This document shows, in pieces, positions 1 to 8,637 of a DNA stretch of 64,000 nt. The notes beneath the pieces were generated by a model. It made no database searches. It saw nothing but the letters and a program-made list of their open reading frames with translations, and was not told where the DNA came from. Positions within the stretch are counted from its first letter, which is position 1. Each line of letters begins with the position of its first letter. This stretch comes from Myxococcota bacterium. GTDB lineage: Bacteria > Myxococcota_A > Polyangia > HGW-17. Made by a program: the position numbers and the translations under genes. Where the stretch lies: positions 14,804-78,803 of the forward strand of contig DAIRVS010000001.1 of the NCBI GenBank assembly GCA_036802685.1, written 5' to 3'.

Positions 1-1824
1 ATAGGCCAGCTGCTGGGCCGTCTCGCGCAGCGCCGACGGCCGGCGGTGGGGATCCTGCTGCAGGCAGTTCTCGATCAACTCCACGAGGCCGCCGGGCAGG
101 TCCGGCCGCACGTCCGAGAGCCGGCGGCGCAGGCCCTTGATCTTGTTCTGGATGATCGTCTGCGTGTTCTCCGACTGGTACGGCGGCACCCCCGCGAAGA
201 ACTCGTACACCACGGCGCCGAACGAGTAGATGTCGGCCGCGCACGTGGCCTTCTCGCCCAAAAGCAGCTCGGGGGCGATGTACTCGGGCGTCCCCAGGGT
301 GATCCCCGGCCGCGTGAGGTCCTCGTCCATCCCCGAGAACGACTTGGCGATGCCGAAGTCGATCAGTTTCACCCGCTCGTCGCCGGAGGCGTCGCGCACC
401 AGGTGCAGGTTGTCGGGCTTGATGTCCCGGTGGATCAGCCCCGCCTCGTGGGCGGCCGCGATCCCGTAGGCCACCTGGGAGGCGTACTTGCACGCGCGGT
501 GCGGCGCCAGCGGTCCCTGGGTCAGGATCTCGCCCAGGTTGTGGCCCTCGAGCAGCTCCATGACCAGGAACGGCTTGACTCCCTCGATGAAGCCGTAGTC
601 CAGCACCTCCACCACCGACGGATGCGAGACCCGCGAGGCAGCCTTGGCCTCGCGTTCGAAGCGCACGCCGGCCTCCTCGGGGGACATGCTGCCCTTGGGC
701 TCGAGGACCTTCACGGCCACGCGGCGTCCCAGGGGCTGGTGGATGGCCTCGTAGACGCGCCCCATGCCGCCCTCGCCCAGGATGCGGGTGATCTGGTAGC
801 GCGAGGCGACGAGGTCGCCGGCGCGGATCTGGATCTCGCGCTTGCGGCTGCGGAACTCCTTGTAATCCTCGAGGAGGCGCTCGCGGTGCCCGACCTGCTG
901 CTTGCGCTCGGTGACGAACAGCGCGTGCATGAACGCCGCCGCGTCCCGGGAGTCGGTGCCCGGCGCGTTCTGCCCGAGCCAGGTGTTGGCCAGGGCGACC
1001 ACGTCCGAGGCCGAGGGGCGCTCGTCGGGGTCCGGGTCGAGCATGGACAGGATCAGGGTGTCCAGGCGCTCGTCCCCGCGGCCGCACACCGCCGTGGGAG
1101 GGCGCACCCCGGGCCCCTGGGCGCGGGCCTTGAGCTCGCGCATCATGTCCTCCTCCTTGCCGGGCTCGAACAGGCGGTGGCCGGTCACGAGCTCCCAGAA
1201 GAGGATGCCCAGGGAGTAGACGTCGGTGCGGTCGGTCATCTCGTCCCCGGCGGCCTGTTCGGGAGCCAGGTAGGGGAGCTTCCCGTAGATGATGCCGGGC
1301 TTGGTCAGGCGGCGGTTCTGGCCGGTGAGCGCCAGCCCGAAGTCCAGCACCTTGATCTCCCCCGAGAAGGTGAACATCACGTTGGGCGGGGACACGTCGC
1401 GGTGCACCAGGTTGAGCCCGTTGAAGCCATGGGCGTAGGAGAGCCCGCGGGCGGCCTCCTTCATCGCATAGACGATCACCGGCAGCGGGAACGGGACCCG
1501 CATCTGCGCGCACTGGTTCCAGATGGCGCGCAGGTTCTCGCCCTCGACGAGCTCCATGGCCATGTAGGCTTCCTGCCCCAGCACGCCGACGTCGAAGACC
1601 GACACCAGGTTGCCGTGCGCCATGCGCAGGGTGATCTCCACCTCGGACTGGAAGCGCAACAGCGCGTCCGGCGTCTGCGAGGAAGAGAGGATCTTCTTGA
1701 TCGCGCAGAACTTCTCCAGTCCGGGTTCCCCGTACACGGCCAGGTGGACCTGGCCCATTCCGCCGCGCGCCAAGGGTTCGAGCAACGTGTAACGACCGAA
1801 GGGGATGAATGATGATGCGCTCAT
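1..1824 (-). CDS. Tandem two-domain Hanks-type Ser/Thr protein kinase (partial; 3-prime end runs off window start)
   Basis: Minus-strand translation verified by hand. The N-terminal domain has ARGGMGQV, CAIKK, HRDVSPPN, DFGLA and YLAPE. The second domain has GEGGMGRV, VAVKVL, HRDIKPDN, DFGIAK and GTPEYIAPE. ATG is at 1824-1822. It is not in the ORF track because it is truncated at the window edge. Confidence 0.9.
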   Translation of the reverse strand, partial: MSASSFIPFGRYTLLEPLARGGMGQVHLAVYGEPGLEKFCAIKKILSSSQTPDALLRFQSEVEITLRMAHGNLVSVFDVGVLGQEAYMAMELVEGENLRAIWNQCAQMRVPFPLPVIVYAMKEAARGLSYAHGFNGLNLVHRDVSPPNVMFTFSGEIKVLDFGLALTGQNRRLTKPGIIYGKLPYLAPEQAAGDEMTDRTDVYSLGILFWELVTGHRLFEPGKEEDMMRELKARAQGPGVRPPTAVCGRGDERLDTLILSMLDPDPDERPSASDVVALANTWLGQNAPGTDSRDAAAFMHALFVTERKQQVGHRERLLEDYKEFRSRKREIQIRAGDLVASRYQITRILGEGGMGRVYEAIHQPLGRRVAVKVLEPKGSMSPEEAGVRFEREAKAASRVSHPSVVEVLDYGFIEGVKPFLVMELLEGHNLGEILTQGPLAPHRACKYASQVAYGIAAAHEAGLIHRDIKPDNLHLVRDASGDERVKLIDFGIAKSFSGMDEDLTRPGITLGTPEYIAPELLLGEKATCAADIYSFGAVVYEFFAGVPPYQSENTQTIIQNKIKGLRRRLSDVRPDLPGGLVELIENCLQQDPHRRPSALRETAQQLAY

Positions 1825-1969
1825 GGGTCCACATTATCCCACATTGTTGCCCCTCGCAATTTTTGTCGCGTTTCTCGGCCGCGTTTTCCCCGAACACCTG
1901 TTTTTCCGCCGTGGACATTCAATTTTTCTCTGGTAGATTATGGGAACGGCCCGCCGGAAAGGAGTCCCC

Positions 1970-3385
1970 ATGAACACGAGACACCGCCTGTTCCTGATCC
2001 CGTGGATCCTGCTGTCCCTCGTCGCCTGCGACGACGGCGGCACGAAGACGGGGTTCAACTCCAACAACGTCAACAACACGAACAACACGAACAACGTCAA
2101 CAACACCAACAACGTCAACAATATCAACAACGTCAACAACACGCAGATGGCGATCATCCGGGGCCGCGTGTGGAGCCCGGGCAGCGACGACCCGTTGGTG
2201 AACGACCACAACCGCATGCCGGTGCCCGGCGCGCTGGTGGCCATCTACACCAGCGGCATCGACGCCCCCCCGGACGGCAACTACTGCAACGAGTGCGTCG
2301 AGCTGCCCGAGGGCCTGCCCCACGTGTTCACCGACGCCGACGGCGCGTTCGAGATCCTCATCTATCCGAACCAGACCTACAACCTGCTGGTGCAGAAGGG
2401 CGAGTTCCGCCGCGTCACCCAGATCAACGTGGGCGGCCCCGGCGAGGTGATGGACCTGAACTCCCCGGCCGGCATGCCCACCAACACGATGACCACGCTG
2501 CCCAACTTCCATGACCCCGGCGCCGGCGCCTGGATGCCGCGGATCGCGGTGATCAAGGGCGGCTACGAGGACATGTCGCTGATGTTCGAGGCCCTGGGCT
2601 TCGACTACGACGGCGCCCGCGTGATCGAGGTCGATCCGGCCAGCGAAATCGGCTTCCCGATCCCGCCGTCCGAGGCCGACGAGCTCCTGGCGAACCCGAC
2701 CGAGCTCGCGAAGTACAACATCATCGTGATCACCTGCGGCGGCTCCACCACCGCGCTCACCAAGGGCACCGAGGCCAACAACCTGCGCGAGTGGGTGCGC
2801 GCCGGCGGCAAGCTCTACGTCGATGACTTCTCGTACGACTGGGCAGAGCAGAACTGGCCCGAGTTCCTCTCGTACTACCAGGAGCAGGGCTCCCAGGGCG
2901 CCGACGGCATGGGCGTGTGCGGCGACGACGATCCCTCCAGCCTGGGTGTCTGCAACAACTGGACCTCGTACTCCTGCACCGGCACGCCCCAGGACCAGAT
3001 GCTCACCGACTGGCTGGCCCTCAACGAGGTCAACCGCGGCTCGCCGATCCACCTCGAGGCGGCCTGGGACATCATCCACGAGCTGGGCAAGGGTCCCATC
3101 GGCGTGTGCGAGGACGACATGAACCCGGACTGCATCGACGGCGTCTACTACGCGCTGCCCAAGGTGTGGATGCGCGGCGACGCCCCCTCGAACCACCCGA
3201 ACAACCCGATGACCGTCTCCTGGAACTACTACTGCGGCAAGATCCTCTACACCGTCTACCACACCCACTCCGAGAGCGGCGGCTCCACCGATCCCAAGCA
3301 GTATGAACTCCTGATCCAGGAGAAGATCATGATGTTCCTGATCATGGAGATCCAGACCTGCACCAAGCCCAACATCATCGGCTAG
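1970..3385 (+). CDS. Secreted lipoprotein with Asn-rich tether and carboxypeptidase-regulatory-like beta-sandwich region; C-terminal ThuA/GATase1-like region (tentative)
   Basis: In-frame start inside ORF 1940..3385 with AAAGGAG RBS. Signal peptide with lipobox LVAC, then NNVNNTNN tract. The CarbopepD_reg-like segment reads AIIRGRVWSPGSDDPLVND...VPGALVAIY...DADGAFEILIYPNQ. Confidence 0.75.
   Translation: MNTRHRLFLIPWILLSLVACDDGGTKTGFNSNNVNNTNNTNNVNNTNNVNNINNVNNTQMAIIRGRVWSPGSDDPLVNDHNRMPVPGALVAIYTSGIDAPPDGNYCNECVELPEGLPHVFTDADGAFEILIYPNQTYNLLVQKGEFRRVTQINVGGPGEVMDLNSPAGMPTNTMTTLPNFHDPGAGAWMPRIAVIKGGYEDMSLMFEALGFDYDGARVIEVDPASEIGFPIPPSEADELLANPTELAKYNIIVITCGGSTTALTKGTEANNLREWVRAGGKLYVDDFSYDWAEQNWPEFLSYYQEQGSQGADGMGVCGDDDPSSLGVCNNWTSYSCTGTPQDQMLTDWLALNEVNRGSPIHLEAAWDIIHELGKGPIGVCEDDMNPDCIDGVYYALPKVWMRGDAPSNHPNNPMTVSWNYYCGKILYTVYHTHSESGGSTDPKQYELLIQEKIMMFLIMEIQTCTKPNIIG
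2063..2142 (+). repeat. In-frame tandem 6/9-bp repeat encoding (NNV/NNT)n linker
   Basis: aacaacgtcaacaacacgaacaac... periodicity seen directly. Confidence 0.8.
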
Positions 3386-3401
3386 CCCCCCGGAATCCCT
3401 T

Positions 3402-3428
3402 CCAAATCGAAATCGAAATCGAAATCGG
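3402..3428 (+). repeat. Intergenic element CCAAATCG(AAATCG)3G, copy A, plus-strand orientation, about 16 nt after the stop of the 1970..3385 lipoprotein gene
   Basis: Sequence read directly. Near-identical to the reverse complement of 12780..12824. Confidence 0.7.
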
Positions 3429-3438
3429 TCCCGATGGC

Positions 3439-4095
3439 CTACCGAAGGGCGAAGATGAGCACGGTGGTGAGCACCAGCGTCACCGCGATGATGCCCAGGA
3501 CGAGGACGAGATCGACGAGGAACGACGAGTTGCGGGCGGTGGGAGGAGGAGGAGGCACGTCCACGGCCTCCATGCGCAGGGTCTGCTCGGTCTCCCGGCG
3601 CCGGGGACCGCGGGGGCCGGACAGGCCGGGGATGCCGTCGTACGATGGCGGGGTCTGCAACGGGGGCGGCGGCGGCAACTGGCTCTGGGAGCGCTGCAGG
3701 CTGCGGGCCCGGCTGCGGGCGACGATCTCGCTCAGGTCGGGGTCCGCGGTGGCCACCGAGGGCACCGACGGCACCGGCGCGTCGTCGTGCATCGAGGACT
3801 CCACCTCGCCGGCGGAGAACTCGACCATGCCGTCCATGGCGTTCTTGCCCAGTTGCAGCGGCTTGCGGGACGGCGGCGGGATGGCCGGCTTCTTCTTGCC
3901 CGCGCCGGCCACGGCCGGGACCGGCGCCGGCGGCGGGGCGAGCATCCCGCCGGGGACGGGCATCTTCACCGTGTCGTTGTGCACCTTCTGCTGGCGGGAG
4001 CGACCCACGATGGGCAGCGCGTAATTGCACTGCAGGCAGCTCCCCGCCTTCAAGGCCTTGCGATTGAGCTCGACTCCGCAACCCGGACAGCGCAA
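3439..4095 (-). CDS. Tail-anchored membrane protein with N-terminal zinc ribbon (CPGCG...CLQC), Pro-rich linker and C-terminal TM helix
   Basis: ORF 3439..4095. The start codon is TTG (no ATG at the ORF head). It lies 13 nt downstream of the phosphoesterase stop with a GGGGGA SD-like run. GC3-rich. The internal ATG (MPVPGG) is an alternative start. Confidence 0.55.
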   Translation of the reverse strand: MRCPGCGVELNRKALKAGSCLQCNYALPIVGRSRQQKVHNDTVKMPVPGGMLAPPPAPVPAVAGAGKKKPAIPPPSRKPLQLGKNAMDGMVEFSAGEVESSMHDDAPVPSVPSVATADPDLSEIVARSRARSLQRSQSQLPPPPPLQTPPSYDGIPGLSGPRGPRRRETEQTLRMEAVDVPPPPPTARNSSFLVDLVLVLGIIAVTLVLTTVLIFALR

Positions 4096-4108
4096 GACGA
4101 TCCCCCGG

Positions 4109-4852
4109 CTAGACGCCCACGAACAGGCGGTTCCCGAAGTTGCGGTCGATCTTGGCCTGGAAGATCTTCATGGCCGAAGCTTCGATGTCGTACTCGACGC
4201 GCTTGTACTGGAAGGTGCGCTTCTGCGTGTCGAAGATGGTGTAGGCGGAGCGGTTGTCGTAGTCCCGCGGCTGGCCGACCGAGCCGACGCCGATGATGTA
4301 CTTCATGCCCGGCCGGATCGAGAACTCCTGGGCCACGATCTCGTGCACGTCGGCGCGCTCGAGGGCGAACGCCCGGCACAGGTGGGAGTGACCGATGAAG
4401 TTGACGTCCTGCAGGCCGTCGAAGTGGGGCAGCAGTCGGTAGGCCTGCTCGATGGAGAACACGTAGTCGAACTTCTCGGGCAGCACCGGCGAGCCGTGGG
4501 AGTACTGGATCTGCAGATCGTCGACTGTCTCGCGCAGGGTGTACGGCAGCGAGGCCAGCCACTTCGCGTTCTCCTCCGAGATCGACGAGGCGTGCAGGTC
4601 CAGCACGAACCGGCAGGCCTCGTAGTAGTAGTTGTAGTCCATGCGGCCGGCGACGGCGGCGTCGTGGTTGCCCAGCACGCAGGCGCGCACCAGGGGCCGC
4701 ACGAGGTTGCAGCAGGCGTCGGGGCTGGCGCCGTAGCCCACGACGTCCCCCAGGCACACGAACGCGTCGACGGACTCCGACTCGTAGGCCTCGAGCACCG
4801 AGGTCAGGGCTTCCATGTTCGCGTGAATGTCGCTGAATATCGCAATCCGCAT
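4109..4852 (-). CDS. Calcineurin-like metallophosphoesterase (YfcE/DR1281-like)
   Basis: ORF translation shows the phosphoesterase motifs IFSDIHAN, GDVVGYG, GNHD and GHSH. GAGGAAA RBS precedes ATG 4852. Confidence 0.85.
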   Translation of the reverse strand: MRIAIFSDIHANMEALTSVLEAYESESVDAFVCLGDVVGYGASPDACCNLVRPLVRACVLGNHDAAVAGRMDYNYYYEACRFVLDLHASSISEENAKWLASLPYTLRETVDDLQIQYSHGSPVLPEKFDYVFSIEQAYRLLPHFDGLQDVNFIGHSHLCRAFALERADVHEIVAQEFSIRPGMKYIIGVGSVGQPRDYDNRSAYTIFDTQKRTFQYKRVEYDIEASAMKIFQAKIDRNFGNRLFVGV

Positions 4853-4935
4853 GCTTTCCTCATCCGTCCGTGGCTGGCAGCGCGCGCTTCCTGCGCAGTT
4901 TCTTGCTTTCGCGCACGAAAATCAAGGCCCGATTC

Positions 4936-6198
4936 TCAGAACGAGAAGCCCACGGAGAGTCCGCCGGCCTGGCCGGTGAAGAACGGCAGGAAGGTCACCG
5001 CGCCGTCGTCGGCGCCGACCTGTCCCTGGACCTCCGGCTCGGACGAGAGATAACCCTTGTACAGGAAGAACGTGGAGACCAGGCCCACCGTCACGCCCGC
5101 GGCCACCAGGATGTTGGTGTACATCGCGAAGGACTGGCCCTTGTCGCAGGTGTCCTTCATGTCGGCGGTCGGGTTCTTGCAGACGTCGTTGACGCCGGCG
5201 TACGAGGCCGGATCCGCCTTCATGATCTTGTCCTTGTCGTCCTCGTAGGCCAGCACCTGCAGGCCCGTGTAGGTCCCAGCGCCGATGAGCACGACGGCCG
5301 TGGCGGCCGTGGACCAGAAGCCCACCTTCCACAGGTTCATGGGCTTTCCGGGCTCCTCGGGCTTGGGCGGCGTGACGCCGGGATCCTTGCCGTCCGGGTC
5401 CTTCACGTCGGGATCCTTCACGTCCGGGTCCTTCACGTCCGGGTCCTTGACCACGGGGTCCTTCGGCGTCGGGTCCTTGACCACGGGGTCCTTCGGTGTC
5501 GGATCCTTGGGCATCACGGCCGCGGGGAACTCGACCTTGACGATGGTGGTCTCACCGGCCTTGATGGTGACCGAAGTCTTCCACTCGGCACCGGACTTGC
5601 TCTTCACGACGATGTTATGCGGCCCGGGGGTGATCGAGGGGATCACGTTGGCGCCCGGGATCGTGGACATGACGAAGACGTTGTCGATGAAGACCTTGGC
5701 GTCGGCCTCGAGGCAGGAGATCTCGAGCTTGGCCACCTTGGGCTGGAACTGGTTGTTCCAGGCCTCGGTCAAGAGTTTGGGGAGCTCGGCCTTCTTGCTC
5801 TGGGGCACCGAGACGTTGGCGAACTGGAAGGTCTTGTTGACGTAGAAGAAAATGGTGACCTTGAACTGGCTCGCGTCCTTGGTCACGCGGCCGGTGACCA
5901 GCACGTCGACCTGGAGGTTGGTCGCGATCTTGGGGATGCACTTCTGCGGATCCTCTTCCTCGCAGTAGAGCAACTTGTTCTCTTCGAGCTCCGACGGCGG
6001 CCCCAGCTTCCAGTCGGCCTGCTTCTTGGCCAGATCCCGCAGCGTGTTGGTCGCGGTCTTGCCCAATTGGACGTCTAGGCCGGCGTCCACCTCGAACCCC
6101 AGCACCACCGCCTTCTTCGAGCTGGCCAGCGCGGGCGTGCAGAACGTGAAGATCAGGAGAAAAGCCGCTAGTTGTCGTGAGAACATCGTCGCCTCCAT
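4936..6198 (-). CDS. Secreted PEGA-domain protein with (KDPxV)n charged repeat tract and C-terminal two-TM anchor module
   Basis: Start moved to MEATMFSRQ... at 6198, giving a signal peptide ending ALASS. The PEGA-like segment reads VFIDNVFVMSTIPGANV...GPHNIVVKSKSGAEWKTSVTIKAGETTIV. KDP repeats follow. Hydrophobic segments occur near the C-terminus. Confidence 0.75.
   Translation of the reverse strand: MEATMFSRQLAAFLLIFTFCTPALASSKKAVVLGFEVDAGLDVQLGKTATNTLRDLAKKQADWKLGPPSELEENKLLYCEEEDPQKCIPKIATNLQVDVLVTGRVTKDASQFKVTIFFYVNKTFQFANVSVPQSKKAELPKLLTEAWNNQFQPKVAKLEISCLEADAKVFIDNVFVMSTIPGANVIPSITPGPHNIVVKSKSGAEWKTSVTIKAGETTIVKVEFPAAVMPKDPTPKDPVVKDPTPKDPVVKDPDVKDPDVKDPDVKDPDGKDPGVTPPKPEEPGKPMNLWKVGFWSTAATAVVLIGAGTYTGLQVLAYEDDKDKIMKADPASYAGVNDVCKNPTADMKDTCDKGQSFAMYTNILVAAGVTVGLVSTFFLYKGYLSSEPEVQGQVGADDGAVTFLPFFTGQAGGLSVGFSF
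5381..5510 (-). repeat. In-frame tandem 15-bp repeat encoding (P/V/D)KDP(T/V/D)V units
   Basis: gggtccttcacgtccgggtccttgaccacg... periodicity seen directly. Confidence 0.8.
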
Positions 6199-6273
6199 CC
6201 GTTCGTGACAAGTTACTATACATAAACTGAACCGAAAGACAACTTCCGACTGACAAGGGTGGTTCATGTGAAA

Positions 6274-6287
6274 GTTCACGTGTGAAC
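6274..6287. promoter_or_regulatory. Perfect 14-bp palindrome GTTCACGTGTGAAC in low-GC region upstream of the PEGA gene (candidate operator)
   Basis: Seen directly, about 76-89 nt upstream of start 6198. The flanks contain additional TGAA/TTCA half-sites. Confidence 0.3.
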
Positions 6288-6376
6288 GTGGCGTGAATGT
6301 TCGGTGAAGATTTTAGCCACTATGTAGGCCGTTTTTATGCCAAACGCCACCAGCCATGGGACATTTTTTCCACAGT

Positions 6377-8339
6377 TCATTTCCTTACAACGCGAAAGCC
6401 GGTGACGTAACTCAATCCCGTAGGAGAGTATCCTCCTCGATAGGACACTGAGCAGTAATTCGCCGTACTGGCCCAGTTTCCACCGCGACGAACGCGGTTG
6501 GTTCCTGTAGCCGACCCTCGATAATCCGTAACGGTTCCCGTTGGGTAGGTGCCGAAATAATCCCACATCCATTCCCATACGTTTCCGCTCATATCAAAAA
6601 TTCCGAGTTCGTTGGACAACTTGGTGCCCACGGAATTACTTCGTCCCGTTGTGGTTCGGCCAGTCTCACTTGTGTTGTACCCGAACACCGCATAATCCAT
6701 GATGGGGTTTGATCCTGTGCTTCCAGCGAATACCTTCATGAACCCGGTCGTGTTCGTGGCGCCCGGGGCAGCCGTGTCAGCGCCCATCGCCGCCCACATC
6801 CACTCCATTTCGGTTGGCAGCCGATACCCATCGGCTGTCCAGTTCGCCGTCGCTGCGTCCCAATCGGCGTTCGTGTCCATCGGAATCTGATCGTAAGTCA
6901 GACTGTTAAAATCGACACCGATGACTGAGTAAACTGGCGTCAACCCCCTCTAAAAGACTCAATTTGTTGCAGAAAGCAACCACCCTATACCATGACACAC
7001 TTTGCACAGGGTCGCTCATTCCCCCCGAAACCGATGGATCGCTCGGGTCCAGCCATCCCGTCACGGCCATCCATTGGGCTCGGGTAATTTCGTATTGGCT
7101 TATCCGAAAAGCCGACACAATGCTAAGGTTCGGTCCCATCGTGTCCCGCTGGAAAGTTCCGGCTGCAACATAGACCATCGTTCCGATGTTCTGGCTCTGG
7201 TAATTCATCGTGCAAGTTGATGTCACAAACCCGGTACAACCTGAATTGCAGGTGAGCAGTCCGCTGGCGAAACCCCGCGTGACACATGTCTGTCCATTCA
7301 GGTTCGATCCATCACACGTCTCACTTTCATCGATCATTCCGTTGCCGCACATCGTGCAAGTGGACGTGACAAACCCAGTACAGGCTGGGTTGCACGCGAG
7401 TGACCCGCTGACGAAGCCTTGTGTGACACAGGTGTGGCCATTTAAATTTGATCCATCACAAGTCTCACCATAGTTACCCTGGATGACTCCGTCACCGCAA
7501 CGCCCTGCCAAGACACAGGAAGTGTCGTCGAAGGCCTGGCAATCTGTGCTGCAAGAGAGCGTTCCTCCATACCAACCTTGAGAGACGCAACTCTGCCCGT
7601 TCATGTCTGCTCCGTCACAGGTTTCACCGCCATCGATTGCTCCGTTGCCACACATCGTGCACCCACCTGTAAAAAACTCCGAACATCCGGCATTACATAC
7701 CAGCGTACCGCTGACGAAACCCTGCGAGAAACAAGTCTGTCCATTCAAATCCAGTCCATCGCAAACTTCCTCATCATCCACAGAGTCATTGCCACAGTTC
7801 GTGCACCCCGACGTATCGAACGCTGTGCACTCCGAATTGCAACCAAGCACGCCGCCATAAAAGCCGAGCGAAGTACACGTCTCGTCATCCAGATCCGTGC
7901 CGTCGCAGGGTTCAAACGGACTCGCAGCCACGAGGTCCCCACATTCCGCCGTCAGTTCGCACAGAGAGACGTCCCAACGGCACACGTCCTTGCATCCGAG
8001 CACACCACCACCCAACCCCAACTCCGAGCAGGATGTATCTGCCAAATTGACACCATCACATTGCTCTCCATGGACTGTTTGGATGGCTCCGTCCCCGCAA
8101 CGCCCTCCTGTGCACACCGCGAGGTTGAACGTGCAATCGCTTCGACAGGTTAAAACACCTTCTTGCCCATAGTAGCCCAAGTCCGCGCACGTCGCGGCTG
8201 TCATCGCATCACCGTCGCACTCCTCGCCCGGATCCAAGAAATCGTCGCCACAGGAATCGACGTTCTTCGTCTTCGTATCGCAGCCCCACACCAGCAGACA
8301 GGTGCCCAACAGCATCGAGATCAAGGTCCTTATGGTCAT
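6377..8339 (-). pseudogene. Frameshifted paralog of the lipoprotein / Myxococcus Cys-rich repeat / FGE-sulfatase domain protein
   Basis: Two overlapping minus ORFs (6906..8423 and 6377..6943) together align with the intact paralog 29324..31327. The break is at a G5 run (forward c5 at 6943-6947): gagggggttgacgcc here versus gaggggttgacgcc in the paralog, a +1 frameshift. Start MTIRTLISMLLGTCLLVWGC at 8339 with GGAGGA RBS. The gene has markedly lower GC than its neighbours. Confidence 0.7.
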
Positions 8340-8490
8340 GGCGGTCCTCCAGAGGATGGAAAAAGCGTAGTCGGTTCCCGCATCACGGTCAAGCATCAGA
8401 ATTTCCTCCATTTCCTGGTACAAGATCCATGAAGCGGACCCTGACCCGCCGATACCCCAATTTTTTTTAACAAAAACAAGCAGTTAGACC

Positions 8491-8637
8491 ATGTCACATG
8501 AGTTTGAGTCAGGCTTTTTCCATGCCACGCCGCCGTGGCACGGGCTGGGAACCATCCTCGAGGACCCGCCCGAGACCGCTCCCCCCCGCAACGCGGGTGT
8601 TCAGTTACCAATAATTCCAGTCGACTTCACCAATTGA
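8491..8637 (+). pseudogene. Remnant (N-terminal ~48 codons) of a DUF932 / TIGR03299 phage-plasmid-like protein
   Basis: A short ORF in a low-GC intergenic patch translates to MSHEFESGFFHATPPWHGLGTILED... The HE.ESG...TPWHGLG pattern is, to my recollection, the N-terminal hallmark of 300-aa DUF932 proteins. The ORF stops after 48 codons. Confidence 0.35.

Noticed and set aside
46-1812. 588-aa plus-strand ORF
   Set aside because: It is the antisense of the verified tandem kinase gene. The translation is compositionally biased and motif-free.
3439-4095. ATG start for the zinc-ribbon protein
   Set aside because: The ORF-track M at 4095 is actually TTG. No in-frame ATG precedes the zinc ribbon. 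TTG is retained with reduced confidence rather than truncating to the internal ATG.
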